In this document: piece by piece, positions 50,223 through 58,667 of the stretch
How the letters are laid out: each line of letters begins with the position of its first letter
Position numbering within the stretch: the stretch's first letter is position 1
From: an uncultured bacterium
GTDB lineage: Bacteria > Babelota > Babeliae > Babelales > Babelaceae
Length of the DNA: 64,000 nucleotides
Assembly (NCBI GenBank): GCA_963717435.1
Contig: OY970332.1
Span: 128,001-192,000, forward strand
Direction of reading: 5' to 3'
Translations under genes and position numbers: made by a program
The notes under the pieces: generated by a model
The model's database searches: none
Told to the model about the DNA's origin: nothing
What the model saw: the letters and a program-made list of their open reading frames with translations, nothing else

Positions 50223-50239
50223 TGTTCTGGTAATTAATT

Positions 50240-50527
50240 TTATTTTTCGACTATTCCAAGAATTTCATCTTCACGAATCATAATGTGCTTATCGCCAGTT
50301 TCGGTTCCAGCATATTTGCCAAAAAAGACCGTATCGCCGACCCTTACTTGCATTGGAATAACTTTACCTTCAGAATTGCTCTTTCCCGGCCCGACTGCCA
50401 AAACTTTGCCAGTTTGACCTTTTTCTTTTGCACTATCAGGGATAATTAAGCCACCTGCTGTTTTTTCTGTGTGTTCAAGACGCTCAACCCAAACTCTATC
50501 ACCTAAGGGTCTAATTTTGTCATTCAT
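50240..50527 (-). CDS. groS: Co-chaperonin GroES
   Basis: [44 protein letters not shown]. Confidence 0.97.
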   Translation of the reverse strand: MNDKIRPLGDRVWVERLEHTEKTAGGLIIPDSAKEKGQTGKVLAVGPGKSNSEGKVIPMQVRVGDTVFFGKYAGTETGDKHIMIREDEILGIVEK

Positions 50528-50590
50528 GCAATCACCCTAAATTTGAAACTGTGTTTGTAAAAAAATATTAGTTCTAAAAATCACAAGTTA

Positions 50591-50618
50591 ATTATACAAT
50601 AAGATAAAAAGAGTTCAA
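50591..50618 (-). promoter_or_regulatory. Sigma70-type promoter for groESL
   Basis: Minus strand TTGAAC-N16-TATAAT. Confidence 0.5.
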
Positions 50619-50747
50619 TAAAAGAGTTAAATGCTTATAGAAACTCACTCAGATTTTTTATATTATTTTTTTAAACTTATAAAAAATTAGTTATAAAAAA
50701 TAATATTACTATAATTATTAAAATTAATTATTTCGGAGAGTAGTAAA

Positions 50748-51452
50748 ATGATACAAATATACCCTTCACTAATCGCGTGTAGTATTTCAAAAAATATTTC
50801 CCAGGTAGATAAACTAGATAACTGCATAAAATCAACAGAACCTTTCTCGGCAGGTTATCACATAGATATTATGGACAATAAATTTGTCCCAAATTCAAGC
50901 TGGAGCCCAGAAGAGGTTAATATAATTAGAACAAAAACAGACAAGCCATTTTTTATTCACTTGATGGTCGAAAATCCCCAAAACTATTTAGATCTTTTAA
51001 ATTTAAATAATAAAGACACTATCTGCTTTCATGTTGAAACCCATGACGATCACAATAATTTACTCAAAAAAATTCATGAAAAAAATCTTCTTGCAAGCTT
51101 GGCGCTAAAACCGAAAACTCTTGTAGAATCTATCTTAAATTATATTCATGATATAGATCATGTATTATTAATGTCAGTTGAGCCGGGTTTTTCTGGACAA
51201 GAGTTTTTATTACAATCTTTTGACAGATTTAAAGCTTTAAAATCACTTAAAGATCTTAACCAAGCAGCGTTTAAAATTGGGCTTGATGGTGGGATTAATA
51301 AAACAAACATAAAAGAGATAAGCGATCTTGGAGCAGATGACGTTGCAATCGGCTCAGCAATATTCGGCAGCAGCACCCCTGAAAAATCTATCAAAGAGCT
51401 TTATGATATTGTTCACGAAGATAAGGATATTAAAAAACTTGAAGGGGCATAA
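50748..51452 (+). CDS. rpe: Ribulose-phosphate 3-epimerase
   Basis: HIDIMDNKFVPN, HLMVENP, FHVE, LMSVEPGFSGQ, DGGIN, GSAIF. Confidence 0.93.
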   Translation: MIQIYPSLIACSISKNISQVDKLDNCIKSTEPFSAGYHIDIMDNKFVPNSSWSPEEVNIIRTKTDKPFFIHLMVENPQNYLDLLNLNNKDTICFHVETHDDHNNLLKKIHEKNLLASLALKPKTLVESILNYIHDIDHVLLMSVEPGFSGQEFLLQSFDRFKALKSLKDLNQAAFKIGLDGGINKTNIKEISDLGADDVAIGSAIFGSSTPEKSIKELYDIVHEDKDIKKLEGA

Positions 51453-51600
51453 AACACCAAGAGCTAATTTAAATCTCCCGCAAAATACCCTTTAATAAAT
51501 TATTCGCACAAATTTATTTCAACTAACCTTTGAATAATTTACCCGCACCTGAATATAGTTAGACTATATCCGCATATTTCTGATACAAAAAATTAAAGAG

Positions 51601-51649
51601 GCGCTCGCCCTGAGTGAAATTCCGCAGGAATTTAGTATCGAAGGGTCGC
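51601..51649 (+). repeat. Palindromic element copy 6 (type B arms, inner hairpin identical to copy 2)
   Basis: GCGCTCGCCCTGAGTG-AAATTCCGCAGGAATTTA-GTATCGAAGGGTCGC. Confidence 0.9.
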
Positions 51650-51789
51650 CGTCTCAAAACCTTTAATCCTAAGGGGGAGCAACCATGAAACACCCAAACT
51701 ATCTTTTGTCGATTGCCTATAACCTGGTTCCGGTCTTTTTAGCAATAAGATTAACCAATATCGCCGCAACAAAATCCGATCTTATTAAA

Positions 51790-51892
51790 TTTCAGATAGA
51801 AAAACTATTGCATTTTGTCCATCAAATACTTTAACCTATAAATAGGGAGAAAATTTTTCGATTATATTATTTTTTTCAAAAGTGGAGAATTT
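51790..51892 (+). promoter_or_regulatory. Promoter/5' UTR of first secreted-paralog trio (duplicated at 54388-54490)
   Basis: TTTCAGATAGAAAAA.CTATTGCAT-N18-TAACCT here and TTGCAT-N18-TACTCT in the second copy. Confidence 0.65.
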
Positions 51893-52540
51893 ATGTTAAA
51901 AAATTTAAAAATCTTAGCGATATTAGGGCTATTATTGTCAGTAGGCAATAGTTATACTTTATCCAAAACACCCAAAAAATATGTTACTCAAATTGAAGCT
52001 CGTAAGTATGGTGTTATTTTTGACAAATATTACGAGGTAGATTCTTTGAATAAAGAATTTAGAGACCAGACGTTGAAAAAAGATTTTATTATAACAAGCC
52101 AAAACTTTGAATTGCAAAATAAAACTAAATCAAAAGTGATGGTAATTGCAGAACTATTTAATCAAAATGATGGCTCTTGCATCTTTCTAGGATCTGAGAC
52201 TATAGGGCCAAAGGCAGCCTCTAATAAGTTTAAAAACATAGTGATACGCGACGCCTTCCAAATAAAAATAGTTTATCCAGATGAAAAGGGCAATATAGAA
52301 ATAACACGCAAAAATAATGGCTGTGCTGAAACTGATTCTCCTAAAGCAATTTTTGCAATCAACACAAAGTCTGACAAAAAAGATATAAAGACATTTTATT
52401 TTACATTAAAGGGCGATGATTTAACGACAATCAGCTTAAAGCCGGAAACGGGCCAATTAAACGGTCTATCTGGCATAACTGAGTCTGGTCTATATCTTGG
52501 AGATAACGTAGAACAAAGTAATATAAAGAGAGAGCGGTAA
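51893..52540 (+). CDS. Secreted paralog array member 1
   Basis: Signal peptide MLKNLKIL..LGLLL; QNFEL.NK; C-terminal LKPETGQL...TESGL. Confidence 0.85.
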   Translation: MLKNLKILAILGLLLSVGNSYTLSKTPKKYVTQIEARKYGVIFDKYYEVDSLNKEFRDQTLKKDFIITSQNFELQNKTKSKVMVIAELFNQNDGSCIFLGSETIGPKAASNKFKNIVIRDAFQIKIVYPDEKGNIEITRKNNGCAETDSPKAIFAINTKSDKKDIKTFYFTLKGDDLTTISLKPETGQLNGLSGITESGLYLGDNVEQSNIKRER

Positions 52541-52569
52541 TAATAAAAAATAAAAAAAGTGGAGAATTT

Positions 52570-53328
52570 ATGTTAAAAAATTTAAAAATCTTATCGATAT
52601 TAGGGTTATTATTGTCAGTCGGCAATAGTTATACCTGGTCCAAAACTTTACTAAAAACACCCAAAAAATATGTTACTGCAACTGAAGCTCGTAATTATGG
52701 CTACACGGATGATTATAACTCACTAGATTCTGCGAATAGAGAATTTACTGACACCAAGCTGAATAAAAAGTTTATTATGACCAATCAAAACTTTGAATTG
52801 CGCAACAAAACTAAATCAAAAATAATGGTAATTGCAGAAATATACAATTCAATTACCGGTTGTAAGTTTTTAGGCCTTGAAAAAATTGAACCGGGCAAAG
52901 CCTCTGAGACATTCACAAACATAGAAATACCTGAACAACATATGTCGCCTGCAGATAGATTGCAGATAAAAATAATTTATGCAGATAAAAACAAATCCCT
53001 GCCTACCTATGAAGCCAATTATGGTAATCACTGCGCCAAAAACATGGCGCTCGACCGAACAGTTGGTTTTTTAATAGCAAATCCACAATTTAAAGATGGC
53101 AGCCCAAAAGGGACATTTTATTTAACATTGGATGGAGATTCTGTACAAAGTAGCAATTTAAGACCCCAAACAGGACAATTAGGTAAATTTATGGGGATAG
53201 AAACGGGTCTAGCGTCAAAGACTGAGACTGGTCTTTACATAGGAAACAATATATTAAAAGGAAGCATATCTAAACAAGGAACTATAATTTCCACAAATCC
53301 ATTTATAAAAACAAATATACAGTATTAA
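52570..53328 (+). CDS. Secreted paralog array member 2
   Basis: Same leader; QNFELRNK; LRPQTGQLG...KTETGL. Confidence 0.85.
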   Translation: MLKNLKILSILGLLLSVGNSYTWSKTLLKTPKKYVTATEARNYGYTDDYNSLDSANREFTDTKLNKKFIMTNQNFELRNKTKSKIMVIAEIYNSITGCKFLGLEKIEPGKASETFTNIEIPEQHMSPADRLQIKIIYADKNKSLPTYEANYGNHCAKNMALDRTVGFLIANPQFKDGSPKGTFYLTLDGDSVQSSNLRPQTGQLGKFMGIETGLASKTETGLYIGNNILKGSISKQGTIISTNPFIKTNIQY

Positions 53329-53353
53329 TCTTAAATTAAAAAAAGGAGAGTTT

Positions 53354-54304
53354 ATGAAGAAAAATTTACAAATCTTATCAATGTTGGGGTTATTATTGTC
53401 AGTAGGCAATAGCTACACTCTATCCAAAACTTATCTTGGAGTAACAGAAGTTTATGTACCAACCACGGAAAGAGATGATTTGGGACTAAGGGTTGGTGAC
53501 TTTTATAAATATGACTACTTTAATGAGATGGATAAGATAAACAAGACATATGAAGCTAAGATAGAAAACGCAAAGGTGGCTGATAAGAAAAAACTGGAGC
53601 AAGAACAAACTGCAGCCTTAGAAAAGCTTAAACAATCATCTAAAGTAGATGAATTAACTACTCTCAACAAAGTTACAACAATCATGATTAGCGACAAAAA
53701 TTTCGAAATTTTTAACAAATCAAAAGGCCCTATTACCATAGCTTTACAATATATAGAGCCTAACGCACAAAGTGGACCTTTATTAAAAATCAATCCTAAT
53801 AGTACGGCTGATAAATATACGCAAGTCATAAATCCTGGAAAGGAAAACCAGTTCCAATACACAGACGTATTGCCAATATATCCAGCAAACAAAGATGCGA
53901 AGTTGAGATTATATATTTGGGATAAGTCGGTAAAAGTCGAAAAAGAGGAATCAACGGTAGATTGGGCCAAGAAAGGACTTATCAATCTGGGAGCAAAACT
54001 AATCGGCGATGAATACAAAAAACCCACTTCCTACAAAATAAAAAATCCACAATATATATATGAATTTAGAGATCTATATACTTTAAATCGGTTTAATATG
54101 ATAGAACCAGTTGCAAACAAAGACAAAAAACCTATATTAACACTTTTGTTGACATGGGACGGAAAAGAAAAGAATCCTCTAAGGCCTGAAACTGGGCAAC
54201 TGGGACCACTACAGTCGCTTGGAATTCCTAAGAAAACTGAATCTGGTTTGAGTTCCGAATTCAATCTCGAGGCAAAGAACATAGTTCAAGTGACGGCCAA
54301 GTAA
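53354..54304 (+). CDS. Secreted paralog array member 3
   Basis: Same leader; NFEIFNKSKGPITIALQY; LTWDG; LRPETGQLG...KTESGL. Confidence 0.85.
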   Translation: MKKNLQILSMLGLLLSVGNSYTLSKTYLGVTEVYVPTTERDDLGLRVGDFYKYDYFNEMDKINKTYEAKIENAKVADKKKLEQEQTAALEKLKQSSKVDELTTLNKVTTIMISDKNFEIFNKSKGPITIALQYIEPNAQSGPLLKINPNSTADKYTQVINPGKENQFQYTDVLPIYPANKDAKLRLYIWDKSVKVEKEESTVDWAKKGLINLGAKLIGDEYKKPTSYKIKNPQYIYEFRDLYTLNRFNMIEPVANKDKKPILTLLLTWDGKEKNPLRPETGQLGPLQSLGIPKKTESGLSSEFNLEAKNIVQVTAK

Positions 54305-54323
54305 TAAGTTTATTTAAAAATTT

Positions 54324-54355
54324 GGGGCCGGAGGTAAAACTCCGGTCTATTTTTT
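54324..54355 (+). terminator. Terminator of first trio
   Basis: GGCCGGAG-GTAAAA-CTCCGGTC plus T-run; same core at 57237-57269. Confidence 0.8.
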
Positions 54356-54490
54356 GCAGATTTTTTTCACCGGCCCGAAATCTATTATTTCAGATAGAAA
54401 AATCTATTGCATTTCGTCCATAAAATACTTTACTCTATAAATAAGGGGAAGATTGACTTCGATTATATTATTTAAAAAAGGGCAGAAGTT

Positions 54491-55273
54491 ATGTTAAAAA
54501 AGCTAAAAATATTATCGATACTGGGGTTATTATTTATCTCTAATGCTTTTTCTATAAGCAAAAACATACTCGACACACCAAAACTATATCTCCCGGGTGG
54601 CATCGCAAATTTAAGCTCGATCGATCTTAAAGATTATGAAAGTAAAAAATATGACACTTCGAAGGATCCTGCTAAAAATGCGATAGATAAAATGGGGTTA
54701 AAAGATCGCCCGAGTAAGGTGATATTTACGGAGCAAAATTTTGAAGTCTTCAACAAAACAGATAAGTCCATAACGATAGCTTTACAGCTTTCAATACAAA
54801 ATTCGCTCCACGCATCGGGGGAAATTTATTCCAACCCGACATTTGAAATTATCTCACCTAAAAAGCAATCTACTGTAATCCGAAATCTTCAAACCACAAT
54901 CGATGATATGCCTGAAATTAATAAACTTAGCCGTTCTAAGAGATCTTTAACACTATATATTTGGCCAAATAAATCTGCATACAAAGAACAAAGAGATGGA
55001 AAAATTCTAAATCTTTCACAAAATCCTGGCTTGGTCTACGTTTATAAATTTAAAGATTTGGAAAAATTTAACAAAAAGAATAACCCTAAATATACAATGT
55101 ATTTAACATTTGACGGCAAAATAAATGATAAAAAAGGTGATATTGGTCTAAGGCCACAAACTGGTCAATTAGGTAAAATTTTTGGAAAAGAAACGGGACT
55201 AGCATCAAAGACTGAAACTGGTTTATCTCTGGTAACTAATATTGATAAAAATGACATAGAGCAATTTAAATAG
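54491..55273 (+). CDS. Secreted paralog array member 4
   Basis: Signal peptide; QNFEVFNKTDK; LRPQTGQLG...KTETGL. Confidence 0.85.
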   Translation: MLKKLKILSILGLLFISNAFSISKNILDTPKLYLPGGIANLSSIDLKDYESKKYDTSKDPAKNAIDKMGLKDRPSKVIFTEQNFEVFNKTDKSITIALQLSIQNSLHASGEIYSNPTFEIISPKKQSTVIRNLQTTIDDMPEINKLSRSKRSLTLYIWPNKSAYKEQRDGKILNLSQNPGLVYVYKFKDLEKFNKKNNPKYTMYLTFDGKINDKKGDIGLRPQTGQLGKIFGKETGLASKTETGLSLVTNIDKNDIEQFK

Positions 55274-55293
55274 TCTAACAAAGCGGTAGATAT

Positions 55294-56142
55294 ATGTTAA
55301 AAAATATAAAATTATTGTCGATAGTGGGATTATTATTATTTATCTCCAATGTTTTTTGTATAAGCAAAACCATATTTGACACACCCAAATTATATTTCCC
55401 AACTGTCATCAAAGATGCTTACACCAATATTAATTACACAGATAAATATGATACCTCAAAGGGTATTGCTGAGCAGGCAATAGAGACAATGGGGCTAAAA
55501 GATTATCCGAGAAAAGTGATATTTACAAATCAAAATTTTGAAATATTCAACAAAACAGATAAGCCCATAACGATAGCTTTACAGTATTCACGAATAAATC
55601 CAGTGCCTAACAAGTCTATTTTTTCCAAACCGATTTTTGAAATTATACAAGCTAAAACACAATCTACTGTGATCAAAAATCTGCAATATGGTGGCGTAAT
55701 TGACACCGAAATTAATGGAACTGGCTCAGGAACATTAACTTTATATATTTGGCCCAATAAATCCACCTACATCGCTCAAAAAAGTGAGAAAATGCTAGAC
55801 GTTTCAAATACTGGCCCGGTTTATGTTTATACATTTAATAACCTACAAAGACTTAAAAAAATTCTGAAAGATGGTGACTATTACTTCGAAGGCAACCCCA
55901 AATATACAATCTACGTAACATTTGACGGCAAAATCGATGAGGACAAAGGCGATATTGGACTAAGACCACAAACTGGTCAATTAGGTAAATTAGGTAAAAT
56001 TTTTGGAAAAGAAACGGGACTAGCATCAAAGACTGAAACTGGATTATCTCTGGTAACCAATATTGATAAGGGTGATATAAAATTAACCAGAATTGAAAAT
56101 CAAAAGCGAAAAACAGAAGCAGAAATACTAGAACAGAAGTAA
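55294..56142 (+). CDS. Secreted paralog array member 5
   Basis: Signal peptide; QNFEIFNKTDK; LRPQTGQLGKLGK...KTETGL. Confidence 0.85.
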   Translation: MLKNIKLLSIVGLLLFISNVFCISKTIFDTPKLYFPTVIKDAYTNINYTDKYDTSKGIAEQAIETMGLKDYPRKVIFTNQNFEIFNKTDKPITIALQYSRINPVPNKSIFSKPIFEIIQAKTQSTVIKNLQYGGVIDTEINGTGSGTLTLYIWPNKSTYIAQKSEKMLDVSNTGPVYVYTFNNLQRLKKILKDGDYYFEGNPKYTIYVTFDGKIDEDKGDIGLRPQTGQLGKLGKIFGKETGLASKTETGLSLVTNIDKGDIKLTRIENQKRKTEAEILEQK

Positions 56143-56213
56143 TTTGTATATCTGTAGAGAGGTACGATTTATAAAGGGTTTAATTAAAATAATTTTTAAA
56201 AAACGGGGAGTTT

Positions 56214-57206
56214 ATGTTTAAAAATCTAAAAATATTTTCGATAGTGAGTTTATTGCTGGGCCTCTTGGGATTAGCTGATATCTATTCTATTAGTTCAACA
56301 CTAGTAGAGCCTGTGAGGTTATATTTACCCAAAGCAGAAAGAGAAAGAAAAAAGGTTAAAGTTAATGAAAATCTCCAAACGGACGAATATTTCTATGAGA
56401 CAGATCTAAGCCTATCTCAACTCCTAAAGGGAACTGATAAAAAAGCCAAAGTCACCTTTGATACTATTACATACAAACCAACAAAAAGCCCCAAACCTTG
56501 GGACGTTGAAATTACCAATCAAAACTTTGAAATATTTAATAAATCAAATGGACCTATAACATTTGCTCTGCAATATAGCGATAAGGGACCAGGTGGCAGA
56601 TCATTCTTAGGCGAGCCTTATGTAGAAAGAGTCTTAAAGGGCAAGGCATCTAAAAACATTGAAACTGCGCAGGGCGATGCAAACTTCTTAGAAAACATCA
56701 GTCAATTATATCACAGAGATCAGGGACAAGATAATCCGAAAATACTGCTTCCAACTGAGCGTCAAATACTGCTTCCAACTGAGCATCTTTGTTTATATAT
56801 CTATAAAGGGGAATTTGAAATCCAAACAGAAAGAGATGTGATGGTTGGAAAGGGGGACGCACAAAATCCTAACAGAATCGTAAGTGATCCGTATCGTGTT
56901 TATGAATTTAAAATTCCAGTACTTAAGAATAGCAAAGGCAATCCTATAACAACAATTTATTTAACATGGGACGATAAGGCAAACAAAAAAACATACTCGA
57001 CTGGATTAAAACCCGAAACTGGTCAATTAGGTAAAATTTTGGGGATAGAAACCGGTCTGGCATTTAAAACTGAATCAGGTTTGTCGATTATAACTAATTT
57101 GGATCAGGCCAATATAATAGACATTACACAAAAGGTTAAGAAAGAATTAGGAAACGATGCGGTAGCTCCGAAACCATATGTTAGGAAAAAAAAGAAGACA
57201 GAATAA
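56214..57206 (+). CDS. Secreted paralog array member 6
   Basis: Signal peptide; NFEIFNKSNGPITFALQY; LTWDD; LKPETGQLG...KTESGL; basic tail RKKKKTE. Confidence 0.85.
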   Translation: MFKNLKIFSIVSLLLGLLGLADIYSISSTLVEPVRLYLPKAERERKKVKVNENLQTDEYFYETDLSLSQLLKGTDKKAKVTFDTITYKPTKSPKPWDVEITNQNFEIFNKSNGPITFALQYSDKGPGGRSFLGEPYVERVLKGKASKNIETAQGDANFLENISQLYHRDQGQDNPKILLPTERQILLPTEHLCLYIYKGEFEIQTERDVMVGKGDAQNPNRIVSDPYRVYEFKIPVLKNSKGNPITTIYLTWDDKANKKTYSTGLKPETGQLGKILGIETGLAFKTESGLSIITNLDQANIIDITQKVKKELGNDAVAPKPYVRKKKKTE

Positions 57207-57236
57207 AGACCAACCTAAATTTGTAGAAAATAATTT

Positions 57237-57269
57237 TGGGCCGGAGGTAAAACTCCGGTCCATTTTTTT
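57237..57269 (+). terminator. Terminator of second trio
   Basis: TGGGCCGGAG-GTAAAA-CTCCGGTCCA plus T-run. Confidence 0.8.
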
Positions 57270-57306
57270 GTAAAAAAATAGCTAAAATATTGCAGTTAAA
57301 TTTACC
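57270..57306 (+). repeat. Direct repeat, left copy (right copy 58632-58667) flanking AAA ATPase gene
   Basis: GTAAAAAA(A)TAGCTAAAATATTGCAGTTAAATTTACC identical except one A in the A-run. Confidence 0.85.
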
Positions 57307-57445
57307 TAAAAAAATTAGCACCCAAAAAAATTGCTTTAAAACTATATTAAATTAACCTGATTTGTGCTAATATATAAATAGAGTTAGAGATTCGCACAAG
57401 ATAATGTTTTTTTTTATAAAAAAATTAAAAAATTTGGGGGACAAA

Positions 57446-58642
57446 ATGGCGTTTTTCAGAAGAGATATAGAAGAAACAGTGTTGAGATTTGCAAAGTTTC
57501 CCGTTGTTGCAATATTGGGGCCGAGACAGTCAGGAAAGACGACTTTGGTAAAACATGTTTTTTCAAAGCATGTTTTTATAGATCTTGATGATCTTGAGCT
57601 CAGAACACTGGCAATTGATGACCCTAAGGGTTTTTTTAGAAAATTTGAAAATGAACACGGGATAATACTTGATGAGTTCCAAAACTGCCCGGATCTACTC
57701 TCTTATATTAAAGTTATATCAGATGCACAAGACAGGCCCGGATATTTTATCTTAACTGGTTCACAAAATTTTTTGGTTAACGAAGCAATAAGCCAGTCGC
57801 TTGCTGGAAGAGTTGGCATATTAACCCTACTGCCATTGTCTTTGAATGAGCTAAAAAACAACAATCTTATCGATAAATCTAGAGCGCCCGAAGAGGTTAT
57901 ATTTAAGGGCTTTTACCCAAGGGTTTATAAAAATTTTGAACCTGAAGAAGTATACCCTTCTTATATAAACACTTATGTTGAAAGAGATATTAGATTGCTA
58001 ACAAATATTGAAAATATAAGTACTTTCCAGAAATTTATAAAGCTCTGCGCAGCCAGAGTTGGGCAGCTGGTAAACTATTCCGATTTAGCCGTAAACTGCG
58101 GAATTAGCGTTCCGACTGTAAAACAATGGCTATCGATACTTGAAGCAAGTTATATAATATTTTTGCTCAAACCACATTTTCAAAATTTTAATAAGCGAAT
58201 AACAAAGACGCCTAAGTTATATTTTTACGATACGGGACTTGTATGTTCGTTGCTGGAGATTAATAGTAGCAAAAATTTATTACTAAATCCGTTTTATGGA
58301 CATCTTTTTGAATGCATGATTATTTCTGATTTGTATAAACAGTATTTTAATCAAGGCAAAAACCCTCCACTATATTTTTGGCGCGATCAGAACGGCTTAA
58401 TAGAAGTTGATTGCATAGTTGATATTGGAAAAGAACTTCTGCCAATAGAGATTAAATCCGGTGAAACTTACAATAAAAAATTTTTAGAATCACTTGATAA
58501 GTGGAACAGTATCGCAAAAAGGGAAGCCGCGGAAAATTATCTTATTTATGCTGGAACGCAAATATTTAGAGGCACCGCTTATACTCTTTTGCCATGGGAT
58601 CAAATGGCAACTCTGGTAAAAGATATTATAAGTAAAAAATAG
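57446..58642 (+). CDS. AAA_14/DUF4143-type ATPase with C-terminal PD-(D/E)xK-like motif
   Basis: GPRQSGKTT, ILDEFQ, LTGS, QSLAGR, YVERDI, KTPKLYFYDTGL, GHLFE, EVDC...PIEIKSG; GGGGGA SD before MAFFRR. Confidence 0.9.
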   Translation: MAFFRRDIEETVLRFAKFPVVAILGPRQSGKTTLVKHVFSKHVFIDLDDLELRTLAIDDPKGFFRKFENEHGIILDEFQNCPDLLSYIKVISDAQDRPGYFILTGSQNFLVNEAISQSLAGRVGILTLLPLSLNELKNNNLIDKSRAPEEVIFKGFYPRVYKNFEPEEVYPSYINTYVERDIRLLTNIENISTFQKFIKLCAARVGQLVNYSDLAVNCGISVPTVKQWLSILEASYIIFLLKPHFQNFNKRITKTPKLYFYDTGLVCSLLEINSSKNLLLNPFYGHLFECMIISDLYKQYFNQGKNPPLYFWRDQNGLIEVDCIVDIGKELLPIEIKSGETYNKKFLESLDKWNSIAKREAAENYLIYAGTQIFRGTAYTLLPWDQMATLVKDIISKK

Positions 58643-58667
58643 CTAAAATATTGCAGTTAAATTTACC
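58632..58667 (+). repeat. Direct repeat, right copy, spanning both convergent stop codons
   Basis: Matches 57270-57306. Confidence 0.85.

Noticed and set aside
50528-50747. CIRCE (HrcA operator) upstream of groES
   Set aside because: No TTAGCACTC-N9-GAGTGCTAA match on either strand; only short GAGTT repeats.
51893-57206. Diversity-generating retroelement or phase-variable cassette system behind the paralog array
   Set aside because: No reverse transcriptase or invertase in the window and differences between copies are not adenine-specific.
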